Shown here piece by piece: positions 27,452-34,557 of a DNA stretch of 42,476 bases; the first letter of the stretch is position 1; each line of letters starts with the position of its first letter. This DNA is from Escherichia phage forsur. A program made the translations under genes and the position numbers. The notes beneath the pieces are model-generated. The model worked only from the letters and a program-made list of their open reading frames with translations. It had not been told where the DNA came from and made no database searches. The stretch lies in sequence record MN850617.1, one strand, 5' to 3'.

Positions 27452-27844
27452 ATGTACCGTATCTATGCAAGCGCATATCGTCAGAACAACGCTGAGTGTG
27501 TTAATCTGGCGCTTCATTGCAAGGCACTGCGAACGGTGCAGGATATGTTCGGAGTGATTCCGGTCACACTGACAGGCAAGTTCGACAATGCGTATGAGTT
27601 AAGCATGGTCTTTCCTGTCGATGGAATCTACGAAATCAGACAGGCTGTTAAGCTGTTCTGTAAAGCCTTTGAACAGGACTGCATCATGGTAGTGACCGAT
27701 GACAATGATGCAATCTTCATGGATTCACCATATCCGGGCAAGCCTGCTGGCAAGTTTGTCAGCAAGACAGAAGCGGAGATGGAAGCCGGGCAGTTCACTG
27801 CTTGGACTTACGATGGTGAGCAATTTTGGGTAGTGGAGGCGTAA
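27452..27844 (+). CDS. hypothetical early protein (130 aa), first gene after the leader
   Basis: ATG 27452 with GGAG 8 nt upstream; ORF in track. Confidence 0.7.
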   Translation: MYRIYASAYRQNNAECVNLALHCKALRTVQDMFGVIPVTLTGKFDNAYELSMVFPVDGIYEIRQAVKLFCKAFEQDCIMVVTDDNDAIFMDSPYPGKPAGKFVSKTEAEMEAGQFTAWTYDGEQFWVVEA

Positions 27845-27845
27845 T

Positions 27846-27917
27846 ATGTTCACTGCACTCTGTGTGATAGCGGCGGCGTGCTGGCTGATTGACCAGCGCC
27901 TGTCTAAGCGAGCCTGA
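27846..27917 (+). CDS. tiny hydrophobic peptide (23 aa), speculative
   Basis: ATG follows upstream stop by 1 nt with GGAGG 8 nt upstream; MFTALCVIAAACWLIDQRLSKRA. Confidence 0.25.
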   Translation: MFTALCVIAAACWLIDQRLSKRA

Positions 27918-27918
27918 T

Positions 27919-28002
27919 ATGTGGGACTTACTGGTAGCGTTGTTCTGGTTTGTCTTTGCAGGCTTGTGGATTTACTGGTTGACTCGTCCCAAATTATGGT
28001 GA
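27919..28002 (+). CDS. tiny hydrophobic peptide (27 aa), speculative
   Basis: MWDLLVALFWFVFAGLWIYWLTRPKLW; weak RBS. Confidence 0.25.
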   Translation: MWDLLVALFWFVFAGLWIYWLTRPKLW

Positions 28003-28008
28003 CTGCCT

Positions 28009-28030
28009 AATGCGTCTTGCGAGGCGCATT
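28009..28030 (+). promoter_or_regulatory. intergenic hairpin with UUGCGA hexaloop (copy 1 of 4)
   Basis: AATGCGTC-TTGCGA-GGCGCATT; 8-bp stem including one G-U pair. Confidence 0.45.
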
Positions 28031-28066
28031 GTGAAGTAACCAACCAACAACCCGACGAGGTGTATC

Positions 28067-28594
28067 ATGACTACTGTTAAATATACTGCATTCAAAGATG
28101 CTGCGGCGCTGGACAAAGCTATCGAAGCGACTGTCAAAAAGGCGCACTCACTCCGTAACGATATTCAGAATGTTGCGGTCGGTATTATCCTGCACGCTTA
28201 CCATCACGGCGACTACACTCGTGCTGAGTCGTTCACTCACCAACTGGGTGATGGCGTCCGTGGTAAGGCACTGGTTGACTGGTTCGTCCAGTTCGGCGGC
28301 CTGATTGTGGGTGAGCATGAAGATGGCAAGTCCGGCTTCGTTGGCTGGAAGGGTGCCGACTTCATCAAAGAGAACATCGACAAGGCGAAAGCCACGATGT
28401 GGTGGACTTGCAAGCCAGAAGCGGCCTTTGATGGCTTCGACCTGCAAGATGCGCTCGAAAAGCTGATTGCCAAAGCTGAAAAGGCAATGAACAAGGCGAA
28501 CGAGCTGCGCCACGAAGGGCGCGATGAGGATGCGAACAAGGTTGTCGTGCCTCAGAACGTGCTGGACGGCCTGCGCAAGCTGAAAGCTGCGTAA
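28067..28594 (+). CDS. hypothetical early protein (175 aa)
   Basis: ORF in track; RBS GAGG upstream. Confidence 0.7.
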   Translation: MTTVKYTAFKDAAALDKAIEATVKKAHSLRNDIQNVAVGIILHAYHHGDYTRAESFTHQLGDGVRGKALVDWFVQFGGLIVGEHEDGKSGFVGWKGADFIKENIDKAKATMWWTCKPEAAFDGFDLQDALEKLIAKAEKAMNKANELRHEGRDEDANKVVVPQNVLDGLRKLKAA

Positions 28595-28607
28595 GCGGGA
28601 TTGACTC

Positions 28608-28629
28608 AAGCCATCTTGCGAGGTGGCTT
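28608..28629 (+). promoter_or_regulatory. intergenic hairpin with UUGCGA hexaloop (copy 2 of 4)
   Basis: AAGCCATC-TTGCGA-GGTGGCTT; followed by GGCAATTCTGCC at 28633..28644. Confidence 0.45.
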
Positions 28630-28667
28630 TATGGCAATTCTGCCCCAACAATTACGGAGTATCATCC

Positions 28668-28952
28668 ATGACCACTAAAACTGTTCTGGCCTACGTCACC
28701 AAGAAAGGCGAAGAAGTGTACGGCTATGCTGTGTCTATCGACGGCGGCCACAACTACCTGCATCACGTTCGTGAAGAAGGTGAACCGACTGACCACGATG
28801 GCATTCTGGAAACGCTGAAAGGCATCCCGCTGCCGCACGAAATCATCTGTATGCTGGCTGGCCAGACGGAAGATGACCTGCAACTGCGTCACGGCGACGA
28901 CCTGACCATTCAGGGTATCGGCAGCTTCGAAGCTGACGTAGACGACGAATAA
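28668..28952 (+). CDS. hypothetical early protein with acidic C-terminal tail (...GSFEADVDDE)
   Basis: ATG 28668 preceded by GGAG; ORF track starts it earlier (GTG 28623) across the hairpin, which is unlikely. Confidence 0.7.
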   Translation: MTTKTVLAYVTKKGEEVYGYAVSIDGGHNYLHHVREEGEPTDHDGILETLKGIPLPHEIICMLAGQTEDDLQLRHGDDLTIQGIGSFEADVDDE

Positions 28953-28962
28953 GCGTTGTCCT

Positions 28963-28986
28963 GCTGCATCCTTGCGAGGGTGCAGC
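28963..28986 (+). promoter_or_regulatory. intergenic hairpin with UUGCGA hexaloop (copy 3 of 4)
   Basis: GCTGCATCC-TTGCGA-GGGTGCAGC; followed by GGCAATACTGCC at 28989..29000. Confidence 0.45.
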
Positions 28987-29025
28987 GTGGCAATACTGCC
29001 TTATTCCAATCTGAGGATTAATCCT

Positions 29026-29106
29026 ATGTCTACACTGAAACTGGTACTGATTTCTAACATCGCTGCTGACGCTTTCGACGCTGATGACGTGGACTTCTCT
29101 GCGTGA
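29026..29106 (+). CDS. tiny acidic peptide (26 aa), possible remnant of the acidic-tail family
   Basis: ATG 29026 with GAGG 8 nt upstream; MSTLKLVLISNIAADAFDADDVDFSA. Confidence 0.3.
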   Translation: MSTLKLVLISNIAADAFDADDVDFSA

Positions 29107-29113
29107 TACCTTA

Positions 29114-29135
29114 CTGCCTCGTTGCGACGGGGCAG
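29114..29135 (+). promoter_or_regulatory. intergenic hairpin with UUGCGA hexaloop (copy 4 of 4)
   Basis: CTGCCTCG-TTGCGA-CGGGGCAG; followed by GGCAATCATGCC at 29139..29150. Confidence 0.45.
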
Positions 29136-29171
29136 TGCGGCAATCATGCCCAACCTAACTGGAGATTTACC

Positions 29172-29453
29172 ATGGCTACAATCAACGTGTATTCCCTGAG
29201 CAACGGCGGTCTGGCATTCATCGCTGGTGATAAGGTAGACGAAGCGCCGTCGCTGGGCGTGACGCCGAAACCGGAGGCCAGCCGTGATGATGTTATCGCG
29301 GAAGTCAAGGGTGCGCTGGAAGACCTCGGCGGTCTGCTGTTCGTCCTGAATGGTGGCAAGCTGTCGGTTGAAAAGCTGGACGCGCTGGAACCTGTCTTTG
29401 TTGAGAGCTTCGAAGCTGACAACATCGACCTCGCTGCTTTCGCTGACGCCTAA
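29172..29453 (+). CDS. small acidic early protein, tandem paralog A (MATINVY...SFEADNIDLAAFADA)
   Basis: ATG 29172 preceded by GGAG; alignable end-to-end with 29791..30099. Confidence 0.75.
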   Translation: MATINVYSLSNGGLAFIAGDKVDEAPSLGVTPKPEASRDDVIAEVKGALEDLGGLLFVLNGGKLSVEKLDALEPVFVESFEADNIDLAAFADA

Positions 29454-29491
29454 GCATAACCCGAAACCCACAACCAAAGAGGACAATCAAC

Positions 29492-29722
29492 ATGGCTAAG
29501 TTTGAACTGGTACGCTTCATTGACCCGAACGATGGCGAAGAAACCTTCGCGCAGTTTGCTGATGACCGCTCGCTGGTCGCCATCTACAACACTGAGCGCA
29601 CGGCGCGGCGCTGGTTCAAGGAAGACGACGACATGGACAGCATCGAAGAAGCGCTGGCTATGCCGGGCTACGCTGAGGCTGTCGAGGCAGCACTGAAAGG
29701 CGAAGTCGTAGCGACTGCGTGA
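29492..29722 (+). CDS. hypothetical small acidic protein (76 aa)
   Basis: ORF in track; RBS AAGAGGA upstream. Confidence 0.7.
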   Translation: MAKFELVRFIDPNDGEETFAQFADDRSLVAIYNTERTARRWFKEDDDMDSIEEALAMPGYAEAVEAALKGEVVATA

Positions 29723-29790
29723 TTTCTGTCAGCCCATCCATAGCGGTGGGCTGTAGGGCAATCATGCCACAACAACTGAGGGTATACACC

Positions 29791-30099
29791 ATGGCAACTA
29801 TCAACGTCTACAAAACTATCACTGGCTCACTGGTATTCGTAGTGGGTGAACTGCGTGAAGATGCACCAATCGTTGGCGTGTCTCTGCGTGAAGGGGCAAC
29901 CGAGGCTGACGCCATCGCTGAGATTCGTCAGAACATTGAGAACCTCGGCGGCCTGTTCTTCCTGCTGCAAGGTGGCAGCCTGAACCTCGCTAAGTTGCAG
30001 GAGCATGAGCCTGTACTCGTGACCAGCTTCGAAGCGGAAGATGTAGACGCCAGTGACTTCGAAGCCAGCCGCGCTGACGAAGAAGAAGCAGGCGAGTAA
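29791..30099 (+). CDS. small acidic early protein, tandem paralog B (MATINVY...SFEAEDVDASDFEAS...)
   Basis: ATG 29791; upstream hairpin 29730..29753 and GGCAATCATGCC at 29757..29768 mirror paralog A. Confidence 0.75.
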   Translation: MATINVYKTITGSLVFVVGELREDAPIVGVSLREGATEADAIAEIRQNIENLGGLFFLLQGGSLNLAKLQEHEPVLVTSFEAEDVDASDFEASRADEEEAGE

Positions 30100-30212
30100 T
30101 GAGCGCCATCGAGGTGGCACTGATGTTGGGCTGTCATGCAGGTATTGGCAGCCTCGTCATCTACATCGTTGGCGCGGCACGCAAATCATACGATAGGAGA
30201 ACCAAGCTATGA
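30099..30212 (+). CDS. tiny hydrophobic peptide (37 aa), speculative
   Basis: ATG overlaps upstream stop (TAATG); MSAIEVALMLGCHAGIGSLVIYIVGAARKSYDRRTKL. Confidence 0.3.
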   Translation: MSAIEVALMLGCHAGIGSLVIYIVGAARKSYDRRTKL

Positions 30213-30385
30213 AGTTTGCAGTATCGCGCAGCGGTGCAAGCCATGCGGCACACAAGTTGCACTTCCTGTTCCACTCGCTGTACCTTACAGCGGCTGCGAT
30301 GGAGGGTCACTTGTTCTATAGCCTCATGGCTGGCGGCACCTTACTGTTCATGGTTGGCACGGCGGTGCTGGGCAATGAACATTAA
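30209..30385 (+). CDS. small hydrophobic protein (58 aa), speculative
   Basis: ATG overlaps upstream stop (ATGA), AGGAG upstream; contains LMAGGTLLFMVGTAVLG. Confidence 0.3.
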   Translation: MKFAVSRSGASHAAHKLHFLFHSLYLTAAAMEGHLFYSLMAGGTLLFMVGTAVLGNEH

Positions 30386-30548
30386 TCTGTTACAACGGGT
30401 CAAGGGTATGGAGCGTCGGCACTGGGAGACGGCCATCATCCTTAAGGTAAGCATAAGCGCTGGACTGGCTGCTGCTTATTTCCTGCCAACCACCGCAGCA
30501 ATAGCCGTTGGTATCAGCACCAACCTGCTATGGTTGTGGAAGTTGTAA
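30375..30548 (+). CDS. small membrane protein (57 aa)
   Basis: In-frame ATG within track ORF 30216..30548; contains AIAVGISTNLLWLW; followed by terminator-like hairpin. Confidence 0.4.
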   Translation: MNINLLQRVKGMERRHWETAIILKVSISAGLAAAYFLPTTAAIAVGISTNLLWLWKL

Positions 30549-30562
30549 GCAGTGGATTACTC

Positions 30563-30590
30563 AAGGCTGTCCAGCGGGTAGCCTTTTTGA
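30563..30590 (+). terminator. intrinsic terminator candidate
   Basis: AAGGCTGTCC-AGC-GGGTAGCCTT stem-loop followed by TTTTGA. Confidence 0.5.
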
Positions 30591-30612
30591 AATCCATTGA
30601 CGAGAGGGGAGC

Positions 30613-30951
30613 ATGGCACTACATCGAGTGAAGGTAATGCGTGGGCCTGACTTCGAAGACGGGCAAGAGATTGCTGCATTGCAGTACCGCTTGCCGTCCG
30701 GTCAGGAGGGGCTGGTCATCATTGACCAGATTGAAATCATGGGTGAGCACATGCTGATTGCTGATGCCACCGATGAGCAAATCATTGAGCGCTGCAAGGC
30801 ATACGCCGGGGGCAGACCGTTCATCATCGACCTGATGAATGACCAGCACATCAATGCTGATGGTTCGCTGCTGTTCAAGGCATGGCTTTATGCTCTCACA
30901 ACAATCTACGAAGGGGAGATGTATCTCTTTGGCGTAGACAACGAGGGTTAA
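30613..30951 (+). CDS. hypothetical protein (112 aa)
   Basis: ORF in track; RBS GAGAGGGGAG upstream. Confidence 0.7.
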   Translation: MALHRVKVMRGPDFEDGQEIAALQYRLPSGQEGLVIIDQIEIMGEHMLIADATDEQIIERCKAYAGGRPFIIDLMNDQHINADGSLLFKAWLYALTTIYEGEMYLFGVDNEG

Positions 30952-30954
30952 ATC

Positions 30955-31269
30955 ATGAAGGTAAGCAAAGGATATCTGTTCGTGCTGTTGATGCTGGCCA
31001 CCCTGTATCTCAGCACCGTGCATGTGGCACTGGCAGCCACTGTGGAGAAGGTGCATTTGGATGCGTATGACGTACCGCTGGGCGCACCTGATGGACAGGT
31101 GTACTCTGCTTGCGTCATTGACCTACGCAAAGGCGGCACTGTCAGCACACTGGCCTACGTTGGTGAGTGTGAGGATGTGCTGCCACACCTGAAAGAAAAG
31201 CTGGAGCATGATGGCGTGACCACCATCGTGACTCTCTCAATCAACGGTCATAACATCAACCTAACGTGA
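30955..31269 (+). CDS. secreted/periplasmic small protein with N-terminal signal peptide
   Basis: MKVSKGYLFVLLMLATLYLSTVHVALA-ATVEK: charged N-region, hydrophobic core, ALA-A cleavage-like site; mature part has two Cys. Confidence 0.7.
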   Translation: MKVSKGYLFVLLMLATLYLSTVHVALAATVEKVHLDAYDVPLGAPDGQVYSACVIDLRKGGTVSTLAYVGECEDVLPHLKEKLEHDGVTTIVTLSINGHNINLT

Positions 31270-31277
31270 GGTTTTAT

Positions 31278-31529
31278 ATGAGCACTCAAGCTAAGATTGT
31301 AATTCTGCGCAACGACTATGGCCGTCCTACTCCGTTCGGCACCTTCTGTCCGTTCCTCGATACCATTGAGGGTAAAGAGTACGATGTACTCATCCTTGAG
31401 CCGGGCGAAGTGGACGCCGAAGGGGATGAAGTTGACAAGCGCTCGGTCAGTTTCCGCGATGAAGTGGGTGACTTAGCTGGCGCACACATTGACTACCATG
31501 AAGGTAAGTCATTCAAGTTCGTCGAGTAA
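31278..31529 (+). CDS. hypothetical protein (83 aa)
   Basis: ATG 31278 with GAGG 6 nt upstream. Confidence 0.65.
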   Translation: MSTQAKIVILRNDYGRPTPFGTFCPFLDTIEGKEYDVLILEPGEVDAEGDEVDKRSVSFRDEVGDLAGAHIDYHEGKSFKFVE

Positions 31530-31587
31530 TAATCTACAGCCTCTGCTTGCTGGGGCTGTGTCACTATCAAATAAACGAGAGGCAAAC

Positions 31588-31833
31588 ATGGCTAAGTATG
31601 ACGTATACAAAGACGGTGAGGGTGACTGGACTATCGTACCGGAAGGGCAGCAGATTGTAGCCCCGGTCGATGTGATTGCAATGAACGGCGCGGCGGCTGA
31701 GACACTGGCTGATGTGCAGCGCATCGCAACCACCAAGCGTGCAGGCTTCGAAGCTAACCGCACGCATGTCAAGTCGCAGGCTGTCATCAATCGCTTCGGC
31801 CCGTATGAACTGGCCGGGACTATTGAAGTGTGA
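31588..31833 (+). CDS. hypothetical protein (81 aa)
   Basis: ATG 31588 with GAGAGG upstream; preceded by hairpin 31537..31558 and motif TGTCACTATCAAA. Confidence 0.65.
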   Translation: MAKYDVYKDGEGDWTIVPEGQQIVAPVDVIAMNGAAAETLADVQRIATTKRAGFEANRTHVKSQAVINRFGPYELAGTIEV

Positions 31834-31890
31834 TAAGCTACTGCCCCTGCGTGCCGGGGGCAGTGTCATTATCAAACGATGGAGGTGGGT

Positions 31891-32175
31891 ATGGTACTGG
31901 CATCTGAATCAATCATTGAACACGCTGCTGATATCCGGGCGGCGGTTGAAAAGCGCGGGGTCGCAGCTACCCGTGGTCATCTCTCTGGCAACGGTGGCCT
32001 GCGTGGTCACAGCGTAGGCGGTGTGTTTCCCTGCGTTATCTTTGCTCGTGGCAATCCTAATGTGAAGCTCGACTGGTGCTTCCTCACACCAGCGGGTGAT
32101 GAGTTCGATGGCTTCATTAGTTATGAGGATGCGTATGCAGCCGCGCAGGAATGGCTGGAGAAAAGAGAGGTGTAA
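31891..32175 (+). CDS. hypothetical protein (94 aa)
   Basis: ATG 31891 with GGAGG upstream; preceded by hairpin 31841..31863 and motif TGTCATTATCAAA. Confidence 0.65.
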   Translation: MVLASESIIEHAADIRAAVEKRGVAATRGHLSGNGGLRGHSVGGVFPCVIFARGNPNVKLDWCFLTPAGDEFDGFISYEDAYAAAQEWLEKREV

Positions 32176-32176
32176 C

Positions 32177-32470
32177 ATGAGCAGAAGTGCTAAGTGGGAT
32201 GCGCTGGTACAGTGGGTGAAGGATAGCTTCGGGCCACCGCCTACCCCTGACCACGATGACTCGCCGTTCCAATACGTCGAGAAGAAAACGCAGGAGCTTA
32301 AGCTGGGCGACTACGTTGTAGCATACGGTGGATACATCCAGCGCATCGGTGCCGTTGAATATGATGGCAGCCGACTGGTTGTAACCAAGCTGGGGCATGG
32401 CCCTGAACGTGAATGGCAGGCGTTTGAAGACGACGAGTTCACAATCCGCACACTGAAAGAAGGAAAGTAA
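32177..32470 (+). CDS. hypothetical protein (97 aa)
   Basis: ATG 32177 with AGAGAGG upstream. Confidence 0.65.
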   Translation: MSRSAKWDALVQWVKDSFGPPPTPDHDDSPFQYVEKKTQELKLGDYVVAYGGYIQRIGAVEYDGSRLVVTKLGHGPEREWQAFEDDEFTIRTLKEGK

Positions 32471-32472
32471 TC

Positions 32473-32988
32473 ATGGCTATTGACTTTAAATTATTCAACG
32501 CCGAGCAACTTGAAACTGTCAAGTCTCTGGCTGAGTTCATCGACAACCACCCGGAGCTGAGCGAACTGGTTGAGTTCAAGGGTGGCTACCTGCCGAAGCA
32601 AAGTTACATCGGCGCGGTGCGTAAAGGTCGTGAAGGTATGCTGGATATTATTCCGCAGACCAGAACCGGGGCGCTGCTGGCACGCAACGTCAGCGTGCTG
32701 ATTGGCATGAACGTGAAGCGTGCCAGTGAGCAGGGCAATGCGGCTGAGGTTGAGACGCTGCGCCTGACAGGTACGCTCGCAGCTAAGGCCATGTCGGAAC
32801 CGGACATTGCCGAGCGCTATCATGACTGGTACATGGCGTGCGCTAATGTGCCAAGCGATATCAGTGAGACGACGCTGGGCCTGCTGTTCGTAGGTGAGTT
32901 CATCGACGCAACCATCCGTGCAGTCAGCGGTCAGGTGGGTGAATTAATTCAGGCAATGCAGCAGGCCAAGAATGCAACACGTCACTAA
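32473..32988 (+). CDS. hypothetical protein (171 aa)
   Basis: ORF in track; RBS GAAGGAAAG upstream. Confidence 0.7.
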   Translation: MAIDFKLFNAEQLETVKSLAEFIDNHPELSELVEFKGGYLPKQSYIGAVRKGREGMLDIIPQTRTGALLARNVSVLIGMNVKRASEQGNAAEVETLRLTGTLAAKAMSEPDIAERYHDWYMACANVPSDISETTLGLLFVGEFIDATIRAVSGQVGELIQAMQQAKNATRH

Positions 32989-33213
32989 GCTCACCGTAAC
33001 CAAATCACCCACCGGATTATTCTGGTGGGTAGTTGATAAGCTGCAACCAAATAAACCTTTGGCTGTGCGTGATACAAAGTGGGAAGCCGAGAGTAAACTC
33101 GAAGACCTTCAACGTATTATGCGGAATGTTATTCCAGCTTAGCCATCTACTCATGCCAGTTATTATTTAGCTGGCATTATGAAGGTGACTATATTGGACA
33201 ACCCGGAGGAAAT

Positions 33214-33381
33214 ATGTTTCGTGTATTAATGTTATTCGTACTCGTCGTTATATTGTGGGGCGCGTTATGGGTAGGCGTTGCCTATTTAATTCAGCCTTAC
33301 ATTGGCGAACAGCTTACCTCTGTAATTGGTACGCTGCTTGGGCTTTGTTGTTGGCGCAGTTGGTATGTCCAAGTGCATTGA
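33214..33381 (+). CDS. small membrane protein (55 aa)
   Basis: ATG 33214 with GGAGG upstream; MFRVLMLFVLVVILWGALWVGVAYLIQPY... has two hydrophobic helices; preceded by promoter-like GGTGACTATAT. Confidence 0.45.
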   Translation: MFRVLMLFVLVVILWGALWVGVAYLIQPYIGEQLTSVIGTLLGLCCWRSWYVQVH

Positions 33382-33408
33382 CATTGGCTGGAGTAAGGGG
33401 TGGATTAA

Positions 33409-33849
33409 ATGGTAAAGCCAAAGTACAAAGTCGGGGATGAAATCGTGGGCGACGATGGCACTGGCACCCGGTCGGGTAAGCTGGGTATCATCGCATGGGT
33501 TAACCCTGACCGCCGAGCGTGGGAACGCAGCGGGGAAACTCGTTACATCGTGAGCTGGATTGGCGAGCGCTTGAATGCGCAGCCGGATATCAGCCACTAC
33601 AAATCTGACTGGCTGGAGGACAACACCAGTCTGGTCAGTACCCCGGCGCAGAAGCGCGGTCGGTTCATGTGTCTGCTTGAGGGCGGCAGCACGCCGCCGA
33701 AGATTGAACACATCACTGAACGTGAAGCGCGTGATGAAGCTGAGCGTCTGGCAGAACGCCACGGTGGTACTGTCCGTGTGCTGCAAGTTGTGGCCAGCGT
33801 GAAGATGAAGAAGAAGATTCAGTACATACCGGACTGGGATAACGAATGA
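33409..33849 (+). CDS. hypothetical protein (146 aa)
   Basis: ORF in track; RBS AAGGGGTGG upstream. Confidence 0.7.
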   Translation: MVKPKYKVGDEIVGDDGTGTRSGKLGIIAWVNPDRRAWERSGETRYIVSWIGERLNAQPDISHYKSDWLEDNTSLVSTPAQKRGRFMCLLEGGSTPPKIEHITEREARDEAERLAERHGGTVRVLQVVASVKMKKKIQYIPDWDNE

Positions 33850-34556
33850 TGAAATCAGTGAGCAACGACGAGTGGCCGGAGCTGGCGAAGCGTCTGCCTG
33901 TAGGACAAAAGCGAAGGACGTTTCACAGTTGCTCGCGGTCATTCAACAAGACCAACTTCGAGTATGGCCGTGCGCCGGATTACATCTGGTGCAAGTGCCA
34001 CCGCTGTGGGTACAGCCAGAAGCGTGACCTGACTCACGCTGTGTATGTGCCGCCAGCCGAGGTGCAGGTGAAGGTGCCGACTGATGTGGTGCCTATCACT
34101 GAGGTGATTGCCAAGCAGCCACGACTGCTGCTGCCAGTGCTGGAGCGGGAGAACCTGATGCCGCACCTGTCACTCCTGACTGCAAGCCCAACGTATGGCA
34201 GGCTGTATCTGCCGGACGACACGGGCAGCTACTGTGGTCTGGACTACACCGGGCGGCAGTTCATCCCGTGGCGCTCGCCGCATAAGCATAGCTTGGCGAT
34301 GAAGGTCAGTCCTCGTGGTGACGCGGAGACTAACTGCCTCTGGATTTATGGTGAGGTGGATGAGTATCTCCAGCAGGTGCGCGATGGTGGTAACTGTGCA
34401 TTCGTTCCGAACGTGGATGATGCAACGTTGCAGGCTCTGGTCAGTGTGACGCTGGCGTATGGGTACAACCTCGTAGTCGTCTGCCACCACCCAAGCGCCC
34501 AACGTATCCGCAGGGAGCTGCGTATTGTGGGGCGTGTGCAAATCGTAGGAGAGTGA
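33846..34556 (+). CDS. DNA primase-like protein (putative; Cys/His cluster)
   Basis: 236 aa directly upstream of the helicase gene, with CSRSF...CKCHRCG zinc-binding-like cluster; call is by position plus motif, weak. Confidence 0.5.
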   Translation: MMKSVSNDEWPELAKRLPVGQKRRTFHSCSRSFNKTNFEYGRAPDYIWCKCHRCGYSQKRDLTHAVYVPPAEVQVKVPTDVVPITEVIAKQPRLLLPVLERENLMPHLSLLTASPTYGRLYLPDDTGSYCGLDYTGRQFIPWRSPHKHSLAMKVSPRGDAETNCLWIYGEVDEYLQQVRDGGNCAFVPNVDDATLQALVSVTLAYGYNLVVVCHHPSAQRIRRELRIVGRVQIVGE

Positions 34557-34557
34557 T

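Noticed and set aside
27238-27495. ORF in the early leader overlapping the start of gene 27452
   Set aside because: No RBS, overlaps the well-supported first early gene in another frame; the leader is more likely untranslated.
28009-29135. Reading the conserved TTGCGA hairpin loops as sigma70 -35 hexamers
   Set aside because: No acceptable -10 hexamer at 16-18 bp spacing in any of the four copies; the hairpin context and covarying stems argue for an RNA or structural element.
30136-30548. Track ORFs 30136..30321 and the N-terminal part of 30216..30548
   Set aside because: Basic, low-complexity products without RBS; the hydrophobic small ORFs in other frames (30099, 30209, 30375) explain the region better, though all are low confidence.
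33255-33440. Track ORF 33255..33440
   Set aside because: Overlaps the better-supported small membrane ORF 33214..33381 (good RBS) and the start of 33409..33849.
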